Of a stretch of DNA of 64,000 nt, positions 1-9,002 are shown piece after piece (position 1 is the first letter of the stretch; each line of letters opens with the position of its first letter). The position numbers were made by a program, and so were the translations under genes. Origin of the DNA: Sphingomonadales bacterium UBA656. GTDB taxonomy: Bacteria; Pseudomonadota; Alphaproteobacteria; Sphingomonadales; Sphingomonadaceae. Under the pieces are notes generated by a model. That model had not been told where the DNA came from. It searched no databases and saw only the letters and a list, made by a program, of their open reading frames with translations. Where the stretch lies: NCBI GenBank assembly GCA_002299895.1, contig DBOC01000008.1, positions 112,090 through 176,089 of the forward strand, read 5' to 3'.

Positions 1-1047
1 ACCATCCACCACGCGCAATTCGACGCCGGGAAGCGGCTTACCGGCCGAGCGCATGCGTTTGTTGCCATTCGGATCATGATCCTCGGGCGGCAACATGCAG
101 ATGGTGCCCGTTGTTTCTGTCATGCCATAGACTTGGATAAATTCTGCGCTGAACACATCCATGCATTGGCGCAACAGTTCGAGCGGAATAGGCGCAGCGC
201 CGTAGAGGATGTATTTAAGACGGCTATAATCAACGCTGCGACAACGAGGGTGGTTGACCATCATCTGTAGCGCAGCAGGAACGATAAAAAGCCGCGTTGC
301 GCCGCCCTTTTCAATAGCATCAAAGACGGAATCTGGCGAAAACTCCGCTTGGACGAGCGCGGGCAGACCGGACGCCATCGCCATGATACCCAACCCGGTT
401 CCACCAATATGCGCGCAGGGCATCGCGATTAGAACGACCTCATCATCGTCCCATTTGCTATAGGCATGCGCCTCTTCAGCAGCATTTTTACGCAGCGCGA
501 ACAGGTTCCGGTTGGAAAGCACCGCGCCTTTGGGATTACCCGTCGTGCCGGAGGTGTAGAGTTGCAGCGCGGCGTCATCAGGGCCAGCAGGTTCAAACGC
601 AACGCGCGCCGAGGCGTCAATCATTGCGCGGGCTTCCTCTTCGGCTATGACTCGATCAACACCGTTTGTATCCTTGGCCAGAGCGTGCACACCCGCCTCA
701 AACCCCTGCCCCGCGAAGAGCACGCGAGCGCCGGTGTCCTTGGCGATATAGGCCCATTCCGCAGGCGCAAGACGCCATCCGACGGGCACCATGACCACAC
801 CAATCCGTGCTGCGCCGTAAAAAAGGGCAAAATATAAATCGCTGTTTTTACCAATCCAGGCAATCCGGTCGCCCTTTTTTAGGCCTAAGCCAAGCAGCAT
901 CGCGACGATCTTCGCGGTGCGCTCCTCCAGCTGCCCATAAGTGAAATGGTGGTCATCTTGCGAAAGCGCAGCCCAGTCGGGCCGCTCCGCCGCCCAGTGC
1001 GTCAAAAAACCATCAAAGGTTACGATGTCGTAGCTGGCAACGGCCAT
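1..1047 (-). CDS. Long-chain fatty-acid--CoA ligase / AMP-binding enzyme (5' part; runs off the left edge, not in ORF track)
   Basis: Manual translation from ATG at 1047 (AGGAGAG 6 nt upstream): MAVASYDIVTFDGFLTHWAAERPD...LKKGDRIAWIGKNS...LQLYTSGTTGNPKGAVLS...YGMTETTG...SAGKPLPGVELRVVDG. Contains the adenylate-forming P-loop and the YGMTE motif. Confidence 0.92.
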   Translation of the reverse strand, partial: MAVASYDIVTFDGFLTHWAAERPDWAALSQDDHHFTYGQLEERTAKIVAMLLGLGLKKGDRIAWIGKNSDLYFALFYGAARIGVVMVPVGWRLAPAEWAYIAKDTGARVLFAGQGFEAGVHALAKDTNGVDRVIAEEEARAMIDASARVAFEPAGPDDAALQLYTSGTTGNPKGAVLSNRNLFALRKNAAEEAHAYSKWDDDEVVLIAMPCAHIGGTGLGIMAMASGLPALVQAEFSPDSVFDAIEKGGATRLFIVPAALQMMVNHPRCRSVDYSRLKYILYGAAPIPLELLRQCMDVFSAEFIQVYGMTETTGTICMLPPEDHDPNGNKRMRSAGKPLPGVELRVVDG

Positions 1048-1143
1048 GTCATTCTCTCCTAACACTGGCCATTTTTTCGCAGCGGCCTGTTGCAATGTGT
1101 TGAGAGATTATAGCGGCATGTCAATATTGTGATTTGCGGACGA

Positions 1144-1776
1144 CTAAGCGCGGAAAATCAACGACAGATTGTTCGCGGGCATATCGATGACTTGGTCAAG
1201 GCATAGCCCTAATTTGTGCGCTTCTTCTGCAATGTCCTCAACAAAACGCAGGCCCCAGGCGGCATTTTGTTGCCGCAAGGATGCATCGAATGCCGCATTA
1301 CTGTCGGCCAAAGGGACGTCGCGTTGGTTGTAGGGTCCGTAAATGAAAAGCACGGAAGACTGCGGCAATACACGCGCCGCGTTGCGCAGTAGCCCCAAGG
1401 TGGCCGCCCATGGACTGATATGCGTCATGTTGATGCAAATGACCGCATCCGCGCGCGATATCGGCCAATCTGCCGATGCGTCGAGCGGCATCGCGGGCTG
1501 CATGTTGGACAGATTGGAGTCCCCGCGCCACGCGTTAATTGATGCAATAGCGATAGGATCCGTGTCGCTAGGTTGCCAAATCAGCCCCGGAAAGCACCTT
1601 GCAAAGTGCACCGCATGTTCGCCGGTCCCGCTCGCCACTTCGAGCACAAGTCCCTCCGCCGGAAGCACGCGCGCCAATGTTTCAGCAATCACATCTCGGT
1701 TGCGTTCGGTCGCCGGCGCGTGGCGTTTTACGTCCGGGCCGCTTTCGAAGATAAAAGGTTGCGGTCCGCTCATCAT
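1144..1776 (-). CDS. DUF938 family class I SAM-dependent methyltransferase
   Basis: KRHAPATERNR, VLEVASGTGEH, WQPSD, CINMTHISPW, YGPY and DMPANN motifs typical of DUF938. Confidence 0.9.
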   Translation of the reverse strand: MMSGPQPFIFESGPDVKRHAPATERNRDVIAETLARVLPAEGLVLEVASGTGEHAVHFARCFPGLIWQPSDTDPIAIASINAWRGDSNLSNMQPAMPLDASADWPISRADAVICINMTHISPWAATLGLLRNAARVLPQSSVLFIYGPYNQRDVPLADSNAAFDASLRQQNAAWGLRFVEDIAEEAHKLGLCLDQVIDMPANNLSLIFRA

Positions 1777-1895
1777 GGCGCAACCGCGGCGCCAACGACT
1801 TTTTTAAGGGTCGCGCCAATCGCAGGTACTTCAGCGAACAAACTGTCGCCGTCAACTTCGATCCACTTTTGAGCTTCGGTGAAATAAGGGGTCAC
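1773..1895 (-). pseudogene. gcvH: Remnant of glycine cleavage H protein (40 aa, internally deleted and truncated)
   Basis: GTG at 1895 overlaps the gcvT stop (GTGA). Translates (M)TPYFTEAQKWIEVDGDSLFAEVPAIGATLKKVVGAAVAP*, matching the GcvH N-terminus (YFT.dHEWIEVDGD ... ivFvEvP..G.tl.kG..aav). The TVGITDYAQ.QLGD segment and the lipoyl-Lys motif VESVKA are missing. Confidence 0.8.
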
Positions 1896-3040
1896 GCGCT
1901 AGCTCCTTTGCGACGATAACGATGTTCCACAAAGGGCAGATCGGCGACGGTGATTGAAACGCGCTGGCCGCGCACTTCGGACGCAAGCGCCGTGCCGATG
2001 GCGTTATGGCCTGCATCGACATAGCCCATGGCAATAAGTGCGCCGACGCTTGGGCCAAAGCCGCCCGAGGTGATAACGCCGACTTGCGCGTCGCCTGCAA
2101 AAATCGGCGCGCCTTCACAGACCGGCATTTCGCCCTCGACCGAAAGCCCGACCAGCTTGTGTGCGGGGCCATTGGCCAAGGCATTCAGGATGCGGTCTGA
2201 CCCAAAAAATCCACCTTCAGTGCGGCGGCGTTTGGAGATGGCGAAGGCGGCGTTGGCCGCAACGGGTTCCACATCAGGCGTCATATCATGACCATAAAGC
2301 GGCAAGCCCGCCTCAAGCCGCAGAGTATCGCGTGCGCCAAGGCCGATTGGCTTGACCTCTGGTTGTGCACAAAGCTGGTCAGCCAAGGCCTTTGCGTGCA
2401 CGCCTGGCACAGAGATTTCAAAGCCATCTTCACCGGTATAACCCGAACGGCTAATCCACAACGGCTCAGGGTCGGTTTTGGGCCCCCAGAAGAATGAACC
2501 CGCCTCCATAAAGTAAAGCGTGTCTACGCCCGGCACGACGCGCTTCAACGCATCCACCGCCTTTGGCCCTTGCAGCGCCAACAATGCGCGGTCTTCCATA
2601 TTGTTGATCGTGATCTCGTCGGGCAGATATTCACGCAAATAGCCCATATTGTCCCACTTCACCGCGCCATTGCCGACAATATAGAGGCCCATGGGTACCG
2701 CCGTAATCATCATGTCGTCCAGCACGCCGCCATCTTCGGCCAGCAAAAGCGAATAGCGCATTTTACCTTCAGGCAGCGTGGAAATGTCACCGGGGACCAG
2801 CGTTTCAAGCGCCTTGGCGGCACCGTCGCCGGTCAACATCAACTGCCCCAGATGGCTGACATCAAACAGCCCTGCATTTTCGCGGGTCCAAATATGTTCG
2901 GCGATGATGTCTTCATATTGGATGGGCATGTAATAGCCCGCAAACTCGACCATCCGCGCACCCTTGTCGCGATGCCAAGCATCGAGCGGCAGCTCCAATA
3001 TTTCTATGGGTTCGAGTTCGAAATCGTCGTCTTCACTCAT
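1892..3040 (-). CDS. gcvT: Glycine cleavage system T protein (aminomethyltransferase), possibly degenerating
   Basis: MVEFAGYYMPIQY, AGLFDVSH, LALQGP, SRSGYTGEDGFEIS, GLGARDTLRLEAGLPLYG. Start taken at MSEDDD (3040). Confidence 0.93.
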   Translation of the reverse strand: MSEDDDFELEPIEILELPLDAWHRDKGARMVEFAGYYMPIQYEDIIAEHIWTRENAGLFDVSHLGQLMLTGDGAAKALETLVPGDISTLPEGKMRYSLLLAEDGGVLDDMMITAVPMGLYIVGNGAVKWDNMGYLREYLPDEITINNMEDRALLALQGPKAVDALKRVVPGVDTLYFMEAGSFFWGPKTDPEPLWISRSGYTGEDGFEISVPGVHAKALADQLCAQPEVKPIGLGARDTLRLEAGLPLYGHDMTPDVEPVAANAAFAISKRRRTEGGFFGSDRILNALANGPAHKLVGLSVEGEMPVCEGAPIFAGDAQVGVITSGGFGPSVGALIAMGYVDAGHNAIGTALASEVRGQRVSITVADLPFVEHRYRRKGASA

Positions 3041-3050
3041 ATCAGTCCGT

Positions 3051-4199
3051 TCAAAAGTTGCGGCACAATTCACGGTGCCGGTCGGTGGCGTAACGATCGG
3101 TCATACCAGCCAAAAAATCACCGATATGGCGGGAACGTGCTGGATCTTGTTCGGGCAAATTCTCGCGCCATTCGGGCGGCAGCAAGCGCACATCATTGTG
3201 GTAGATCGCAAACAATTCACGCACAATCTTCGATGCCGCCTCGGCCGCCGCATTCTGCGTGGGGTGATGGTAAAGATTTTGATACATGAAGGTTTTGAGT
3301 TGGCGTTCGCGCGCCGCCATTTCAGGCGAGAAACCACCAATCATTACCCCCGCATGGCGCACATCATCTGCTTCTTTGATACCCAATGCCTCGATTCTCG
3401 CGCGTGTCGATTCAATCACGTCATTGACCATCACGCCAATCTGCTCACGCGTTAGTTCCCCGATTAAGCGGCGCGGGCGAACATCAGGATAGCGCGCCAA
3501 TATGGCCTGCCAACGTGCGGCAACGAATGGCAGCTCGAGCAATTGTTCGATATCGAGCAGTCCTGCCCTGATGCCATCATCAATATCGTGATTATCATAA
3601 GCGATATCGTCGCTAATCGCCGCGACCTGCGCCTCTAACGAAGGCCAATGCACCAAATTTAAGCCAAAGTCGGCATCCACTTCAGCCAAGGCCCAACCGG
3701 GCTTGGCAACTGGGCCATTATGCTTGGCGAGCCCTTCCAACAGTTCCCAGCTTAAGTTCAAACCCGGCCATGACGGGTAAGGCGATTCAAGTTGCGTCAG
3801 CGTGCGCAGAGTCTGCGCATTATGGTCGAAGCCGCCAAAGGGCTTCATTGCCGCTTCAAGCGCTCCCTCGCCCGCATGGCCGAAGGGCGGGTGACCGATA
3901 TCATGCGCTAGACACAATGCCTCGGTTAAATCCTCATTTAGGCCCAGCGCGCGCGCTATCGTCCGGCCAATTTGCGCCACTTCAAGACTATGCGTCAGGC
4001 GAACACGGAAATGATCCCCATCGGGCGAGATAAAAACCTGTGTTTTGTGGCGCAGGCGGCGAAACGCGATCGAGTGGATGATACGGTCGCGATCGCGCTG
4101 AAAAATGTCGCGTGGTCCGCGCATATCATTCGAAGGTTCGGCATGCAGCCGACCGCGGCTACGGTCAGGAAAGGAAGCATAAGGAGCAAGATGCGACAT
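3051..4199 (-). CDS. dgt: Deoxyguanosinetriphosphate triphosphohydrolase (HD family)
   Basis: [74 protein letters not shown]. Confidence 0.95.
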   Translation of the reverse strand: MSHLAPYASFPDRSRGRLHAEPSNDMRGPRDIFQRDRDRIIHSIAFRRLRHKTQVFISPDGDHFRVRLTHSLEVAQIGRTIARALGLNEDLTEALCLAHDIGHPPFGHAGEGALEAAMKPFGGFDHNAQTLRTLTQLESPYPSWPGLNLSWELLEGLAKHNGPVAKPGWALAEVDADFGLNLVHWPSLEAQVAAISDDIAYDNHDIDDGIRAGLLDIEQLLELPFVAARWQAILARYPDVRPRRLIGELTREQIGVMVNDVIESTRARIEALGIKEADDVRHAGVMIGGFSPEMAARERQLKTFMYQNLYHHPTQNAAAEAASKIVRELFAIYHNDVRLLPPEWRENLPEQDPARSRHIGDFLAGMTDRYATDRHRELCRNF

Positions 4200-4238
4200 G
4201 CCGCGCTTATGCCGCCAAGTGCCGCGAACCGGAAGCCG

Positions 4239-5939
4239 CTATTTTGTTTTCAACGGATTAACGACCTCGCCGATCTCGCTTTTCCACATAAAGGCATCGC
4301 CACCGGCCTTTTTGTAGTCACCTTCCCACTTTTTCGCGGCTTTTTGGTCCGCAAAAGGACCGACTAATAGCCGGTCCGTTCTGCCCCACTCGGCGGTGAA
4401 GGCATTCCGGGACTTCAGCAATGCCGCATAAGTTTTGGAAAGCTTGCGATAATCAAAGCCAAGGGCATCGGCGTTTCCGGTCGCTATCTGCACCCAGAAG
4501 CGCGCAGGATGCTCCTTTTCAGCCTTGGCCTTAGCAGCAAGCTTAGGATCGACCTTGACCACCGGCTTGAGCTTTTTCAAATCCACAGGAACTTGCGAGG
4601 GCCGTTGTTCGCTTTCTGGAATATCAATTGCCTCGACAATTGCACCCAAATCAAAGCGGGATGATGCAACCGGCGCGGCAGGCGCAGGCTCGGGCGCTTG
4701 CACGGCAACAGCAGGTGCCTGGGCTGTCAAAAGTGGTTCAATTGTCGCCCCGCTGCTTTGCGCGGGTTGTGGCGTAATGACCGCGGGCACAGCCACTGCC
4801 GTTGTCGGTGCTGGTGCTGGTGCTGGCGTTATAGCAGCGGGCGTCGGCGTGCTTGCCGGCTTGGCCGATGTCGCACTGACCAATGGGCGTGCCGTTTCTG
4901 GGGCCGGCTGCGCCGTATTGCTTACGCTCGCAATCCTTGTCGTTTGTGGTTCATCGACCTTGCCGCGCGCGCTGGCAGCGCCAAGCCGGGGCGTCTCGGT
5001 CTTCGGGGTGCTTTTGCTGTCGCGCGATGGCGCAGCTTTTGGTCCGAGTGCGGCGCCCGACGGAATAAGGCGATTATCGCCGGAAACGGCAGACGTCTGG
5101 GGTAATGTCGATGCAATGCGGCGGACCTGTTCGCTGTCCCGACCGAGCGCTTGGCCTGTTGGAAAGTGCCCCAAATGTATGGCCGCTGCCTTCTGCGCAT
5201 CGGTCAAGGACGGCATGAGCCGGAAAAAGCGTTCCATACGCAGCACCGAGCTTGCATCCATGAAACCTTGGGCGACTTTCGTCGATTCACGCACATCCCC
5301 GCGCGCCGCCAGCATAAAAGCGCGGGCCCGCCATGCAGTCGCGCTGTTGCGTTCAAGCAATGGCAGCAGCATCGCGTCGGCGGCGTCCTTTTGTCCCGCA
5401 AGCGACAAAGAAACCGCTTGGCGGATGACGAGATCATCCGAAATGGACGCGGTTCGTGCCAGTTTATAATCCTGCTGCGCGCGGTTGAAATTACCCAAAA
5501 GGTCAAAGGCCAAAGCACGATCCAGCGCAATTGCGCGCTCATTTGCGCCAAGGCTAACGGCTTGATCAAATAAGCGCAGCGCTTCAAACGGATTTTCAGT
5601 GCGCACAGTCGCCGTCGCCAAACCCGCTACGATACGGCTGCTACCCGGACGCAGCGTATTGGCACGCGTGAAGAAGTTCAAAGCAGCATTGGCATCCCCC
5701 AAAGCAAGCGCCGCGTTACCAGCATCGGCCATGGCATCGGCGTCGGAGGGATTGAGAGATATCCGGCGCATGGCCGCACGCAATTCAGCCGCGCCAGCGG
5801 GCTCCGCGATTATCGGTGCAGCAGGAGCAGCTTGGTCAAGAGCCTCAAGCGCGCTTTCGTCAACAGCTTGCGCAAACACGCCCGATGATAAAGCGAGCGC
5901 ACAGAATATTCCTGCACCACGTAACATTGTCACATTCAT
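4239..5939 (-). CDS. Secreted TPR-repeat + Pro/Ala linker + C-terminal SPOR domain protein
   Basis: Signal peptide; helical TPR-like repeats (AGNAALALGDANAALNFFTRA, RALAFDLLGNFNRAQQDY); low-complexity PAT linker; SPOR-like C-terminus (FWVQIATG...RLLVGPF...GGDAFMW). Confidence 0.8.
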   Translation of the reverse strand: MNVTMLRGAGIFCALALSSGVFAQAVDESALEALDQAAPAAPIIAEPAGAAELRAAMRRISLNPSDADAMADAGNAALALGDANAALNFFTRANTLRPGSSRIVAGLATATVRTENPFEALRLFDQAVSLGANERAIALDRALAFDLLGNFNRAQQDYKLARTASISDDLVIRQAVSLSLAGQKDAADAMLLPLLERNSATAWRARAFMLAARGDVRESTKVAQGFMDASSVLRMERFFRLMPSLTDAQKAAAIHLGHFPTGQALGRDSEQVRRIASTLPQTSAVSGDNRLIPSGAALGPKAAPSRDSKSTPKTETPRLGAASARGKVDEPQTTRIASVSNTAQPAPETARPLVSATSAKPASTPTPAAITPAPAPAPTTAVAVPAVITPQPAQSSGATIEPLLTAQAPAVAVQAPEPAPAAPVASSRFDLGAIVEAIDIPESEQRPSQVPVDLKKLKPVVKVDPKLAAKAKAEKEHPARFWVQIATGNADALGFDYRKLSKTYAALLKSRNAFTAEWGRTDRLLVGPFADQKAAKKWEGDYKKAGGDAFMWKSEIGEVVNPLKTK

Positions 5940-6045
5940 TCGCCCTTATTGGGATGCCGATGGCCGGACGCAAAGCATGTTTACGCAATGCTCCGACAAA
6001 CGGTTGCCTAAAGCGGACGAAATGACCGTGCGCTGACCCCGCAAC

Positions 6046-7551
6046 TTAGGAGTTGTTCTGCCTATCCAGAAAACGCGGCACATTGACGCTGCTTTCGCCG
6101 TCACGGCCCTTGTCATCTTCATCAGCGGAGCGCGAGAGACCGCGTGACAGGTTCGACATGCGTTCAAACAACGTGCCACCTGTGGGCAGGCGCGGTGCCG
6201 CACGCTCAGGTGCCCGTGTTACATCAACGGGCGCAGGCGATGGTGGATTTGCATCCGCCGGCGTGTTCAGTTCAAGCGCATCGGCACCTGCCCAAGACGT
6301 AGATGGAAAGCCATTCGATTCAGGCTGCTTTTCTTCGTTGGTGGCGTTGGCTTCAGCGACTTCTTCATCTGCTTCTGGCGCTTCGAAATCGCTACCGAGG
6401 ACCAAGCTGTCGTCTTCTGCCTCATCATCTGGTTCCGCCACTGCGGTTGGCTCTTCGACGGGCGCAGATTCGGTGCTTTCAAACAAAGATGCTGTGGGCG
6501 CTGGTGCCTCCACAACTGGCTCGGGTGCTGGACGGCTGAACGAAAATGCCGTGCGCGCTTGCGGCGCTGGCGATGCAGCTACGCCGTCATTGTCGATACC
6601 GGTTGCGACAACCGAAACGCGGATTTTGCCGTTCAGATTTTCATTGAAAGCCGAACCCCAGATGATGTTTGCATCAGGATCGACCAACTCACGAATATGG
6701 TTCGCGGCTTCGTCCACTTCCATCAGGCGCATGTCTTCACCGCCGGTAATGGACACGATAACGCCCTTTGCACCTTGCATCGACACACCGTCGAGCAGCG
6801 GATTGGCAATCGCGCGTTCCGCCGCCTCAAGCGCACGACCGTCGCCTTCGGCTTCGCCTGTGCCCATCATCGCCTTGCCCATTTCGTGCATGACGGACCG
6901 AACGTCGGCAAAATCTAGGTTGATCAGGCCAGGCATGACCATCAGATCAGTGATGCCGCGCACGCCCTGTTGCAGAACTTCGTCCGCTAACAAGAATGCC
7001 TCTTTGAACGTCGTATTCGGGTTAGCGACCAAAAACAGGTTTTGGTTCGGAATGACAATGAGCGTGTCCACATGCTGCTGCAATTCGGCAATACCCGATT
7101 CTGCAGAACGCATCCGCCGCGAACCTTCGAAAAGGAACGGCTTTGTTACCACGCCAACGGTCAATACGTTCATTTCGCGCGCAGCCTGGGCAATCACAGG
7201 CGCAGCACCGGTTCCGGTTCCGCCGCCCATGCCCGCTGCGATGAAGCACATGTGGCACCCCGCCAAAGCGGCCTTCACTTGTTCAATGGTTTCTTCTGCA
7301 GCGGCGCGTCCGACTTCGGGGCGCGAACCAGCACCAAGACCTTGCGTAATCTCTGGCCCCAGCTGAATACGATAATCGGCAGGCGAAGCGTTCAATGCCT
7401 GCGCATCGGTATTAGCGACGACGAAATCGACGCCTTCCACCTTAGAGCTAATCATATTGGCAACCGCGTTACCGCCGGCGCCGCCAACACCAATCACTGC
7501 AATTTTCGGCTTCAATTCGTCAACCATGGGTGGTCCGATATTGATGCTCAT
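6046..7551 (-). CDS. ftsZ: Cell division GTPase FtsZ
   Basis: [20 protein letters not shown] tubulin signature, INLDFADVR; long acidic linker; C-terminal [10 protein letters not shown] peptide. Confidence 0.99.
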   Translation of the reverse strand: MSINIGPPMVDELKPKIAVIGVGGAGGNAVANMISSKVEGVDFVVANTDAQALNASPADYRIQLGPEITQGLGAGSRPEVGRAAAEETIEQVKAALAGCHMCFIAAGMGGGTGTGAAPVIAQAAREMNVLTVGVVTKPFLFEGSRRMRSAESGIAELQQHVDTLIVIPNQNLFLVANPNTTFKEAFLLADEVLQQGVRGITDLMVMPGLINLDFADVRSVMHEMGKAMMGTGEAEGDGRALEAAERAIANPLLDGVSMQGAKGVIVSITGGEDMRLMEVDEAANHIRELVDPDANIIWGSAFNENLNGKIRVSVVATGIDNDGVAASPAPQARTAFSFSRPAPEPVVEAPAPTASLFESTESAPVEEPTAVAEPDDEAEDDSLVLGSDFEAPEADEEVAEANATNEEKQPESNGFPSTSWAGADALELNTPADANPPSPAPVDVTRAPERAAPRLPTGGTLFERMSNLSRGLSRSADEDDKGRDGESSVNVPRFLDRQNNS

Positions 7552-7736
7552 AATTTTATCCCCTTAGCCTCTTTGGCTTGTTCGAAATTTGCATTCTTTT
7601 GGCACAAAAGCGTAAGGGGCACATCAGAAAATTACCCTTTTTGCACAGGTTTCTGTCAGGCGATGACCGCGAACATAACAGCTTCACGATTTAAGGCGAT
7701 TTTGACGCCCTGAAGGGGCTTTTAGGCCTTTATCGC

Positions 7737-9002
7737 CTAAAGATTCTCACGAATCGCGCGTTTTATACGTTCAATCAAATTTGGTATCGAACCGCCCAAA
7801 TGCTCGGCGCGCAAATCATAACCCGATTGCAGGTCGATTCTCTCGGATGCCGCATAATGAATTAAACCAACGAGCGTTGAGAATGCGGGGCCAGAATGCG
7901 CTTCAGGAATGCTGATAAGCCCGGATGGGCGGCCTATACGGACAGTGCGGCCCAGTGCGCTCTGCATATGTTCGGCCGCACCCTTTAATTCCGCGCCACC
8001 GCCCGTCAGGACAATTTGATGCCCAGATGGCCCCGTAAAGCCGAGCGTTTTTAACGCCTGCGCAACCTCGGTTACAATGCTATCGACGCGCTGACACACC
8101 ACGGCATTCAACTGCGCCTTGGTGATGCGTGGAGCTTGACTGCCAGGTTCAACGCCATTTTCATCTGGACCGATGTCGAGCACCTCTTGATGATCGCGCG
8201 GGCTCGTCAGCGCCGAACCATGGAAGCATTTCAACCGCTCTGCCTGCGCGCGGCGAATACCAAAGACCGACGCGATGTCGTCGGTAATGTCGGAGCCGCC
8301 CTTTTGAATAGTTTCAAGTCCGACGAGCATGCCGCCAATGAAAACCGACACGTTGGTCACGGCCGCCCCAAATTCGACCAGCGCAACGCCGAGATCGCGC
8401 TCCTCCGCAGTCAAACAGGCAAGACCTGTGGCAACCGGCCCGACGACAAGCGAATCAACGTCCAGATGCGCCGAGCGCACCGTCATATCCATGTTACGCA
8501 CGGGTGATTGGTCAGCCAGAACGACATGCACGTCTACGCCAAGCCGATTTGCGTGCAGCCCGACCGGATTTGCGACACCGCCAACGCCATCGAGCGCATA
8601 TAAAGTAGGTTGCATATGCAACGCAATTTTGCCGCCCGTTTGGATATTCGCGCGTCCGGCCTGAAGCAGTTCTTGGACATCGTCTTGCGTGATACGATCG
8701 CCGCCCAATTCGATTTCTACGGGTGCCAACATGCTATCGAGCCCGCCCGACGACATGCCGACCCAAGCCCTGTCAATGTTGAGGCCCGCAATACGTTCGG
8801 CTTGCTCAACCGCATGGCGTACCGACAATTCTGCCTGCTCGACATCCGCAATGCAGCCACGGGTCACACCCCGGCTCTCGCGCTGACCCGTGCCGAGCAC
8901 CAGCAGTTCGCCATTTTCGGTTTGCCGCGCGATTAACGCGGACACTTTGGATGAACCGATATCAATCGCCGAAATCAACCGTTCAGCGCGCGCCGTTTTC
9001 AT
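7737..9002 (-). CDS. ftsA: Cell division protein FtsA
   Basis: AIDIGSSKV, GGSDITDDIA, VLTGGGAELKG; position in dcw cluster. Confidence 0.97.
   Translation of the reverse strand: MKTARAERLISAIDIGSSKVSALIARQTENGELLVLGTGQRESRGVTRGCIADVEQAELSVRHAVEQAERIAGLNIDRAWVGMSSGGLDSMLAPVEIELGGDRITQDDVQELLQAGRANIQTGGKIALHMQPTLYALDGVGGVANPVGLHANRLGVDVHVVLADQSPVRNMDMTVRSAHLDVDSLVVGPVATGLACLTAEERDLGVALVEFGAAVTNVSVFIGGMLVGLETIQKGGSDITDDIASVFGIRRAQAERLKCFHGSALTSPRDHQEVLDIGPDENGVEPGSQAPRITKAQLNAVVCQRVDSIVTEVAQALKTLGFTGPSGHQIVLTGGGAELKGAAEHMQSALGRTVRIGRPSGLISIPEAHSGPAFSTLVGLIHYAASERIDLQSGYDLRAEHLGGSIPNLIERIKRAIRENL

Noticed and set aside
861-880. Possible frameshift at the T-run in the acyl-CoA ligase (gene absent from the ORF track)
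   Set aside because: Six T's keep the frame (LGLKKGDRIAW). The gene is missing from the track only because it runs off the window edge.
3041-3050. Glycine riboswitch upstream of gcvT
   Set aside because: gcvT starts 10 bp after the dgt stop; no aptamer space.
6053-7366. 437-aa plus-strand ORF antisense to ftsZ (similar long shadows at 4525-5469, 11726-12895, 31577-32722, 54371-55420)
   Set aside because: Ser/Ala/Arg-rich, no recognisable motifs, fully opposite well-supported genes; expected from codon bias at this GC content.
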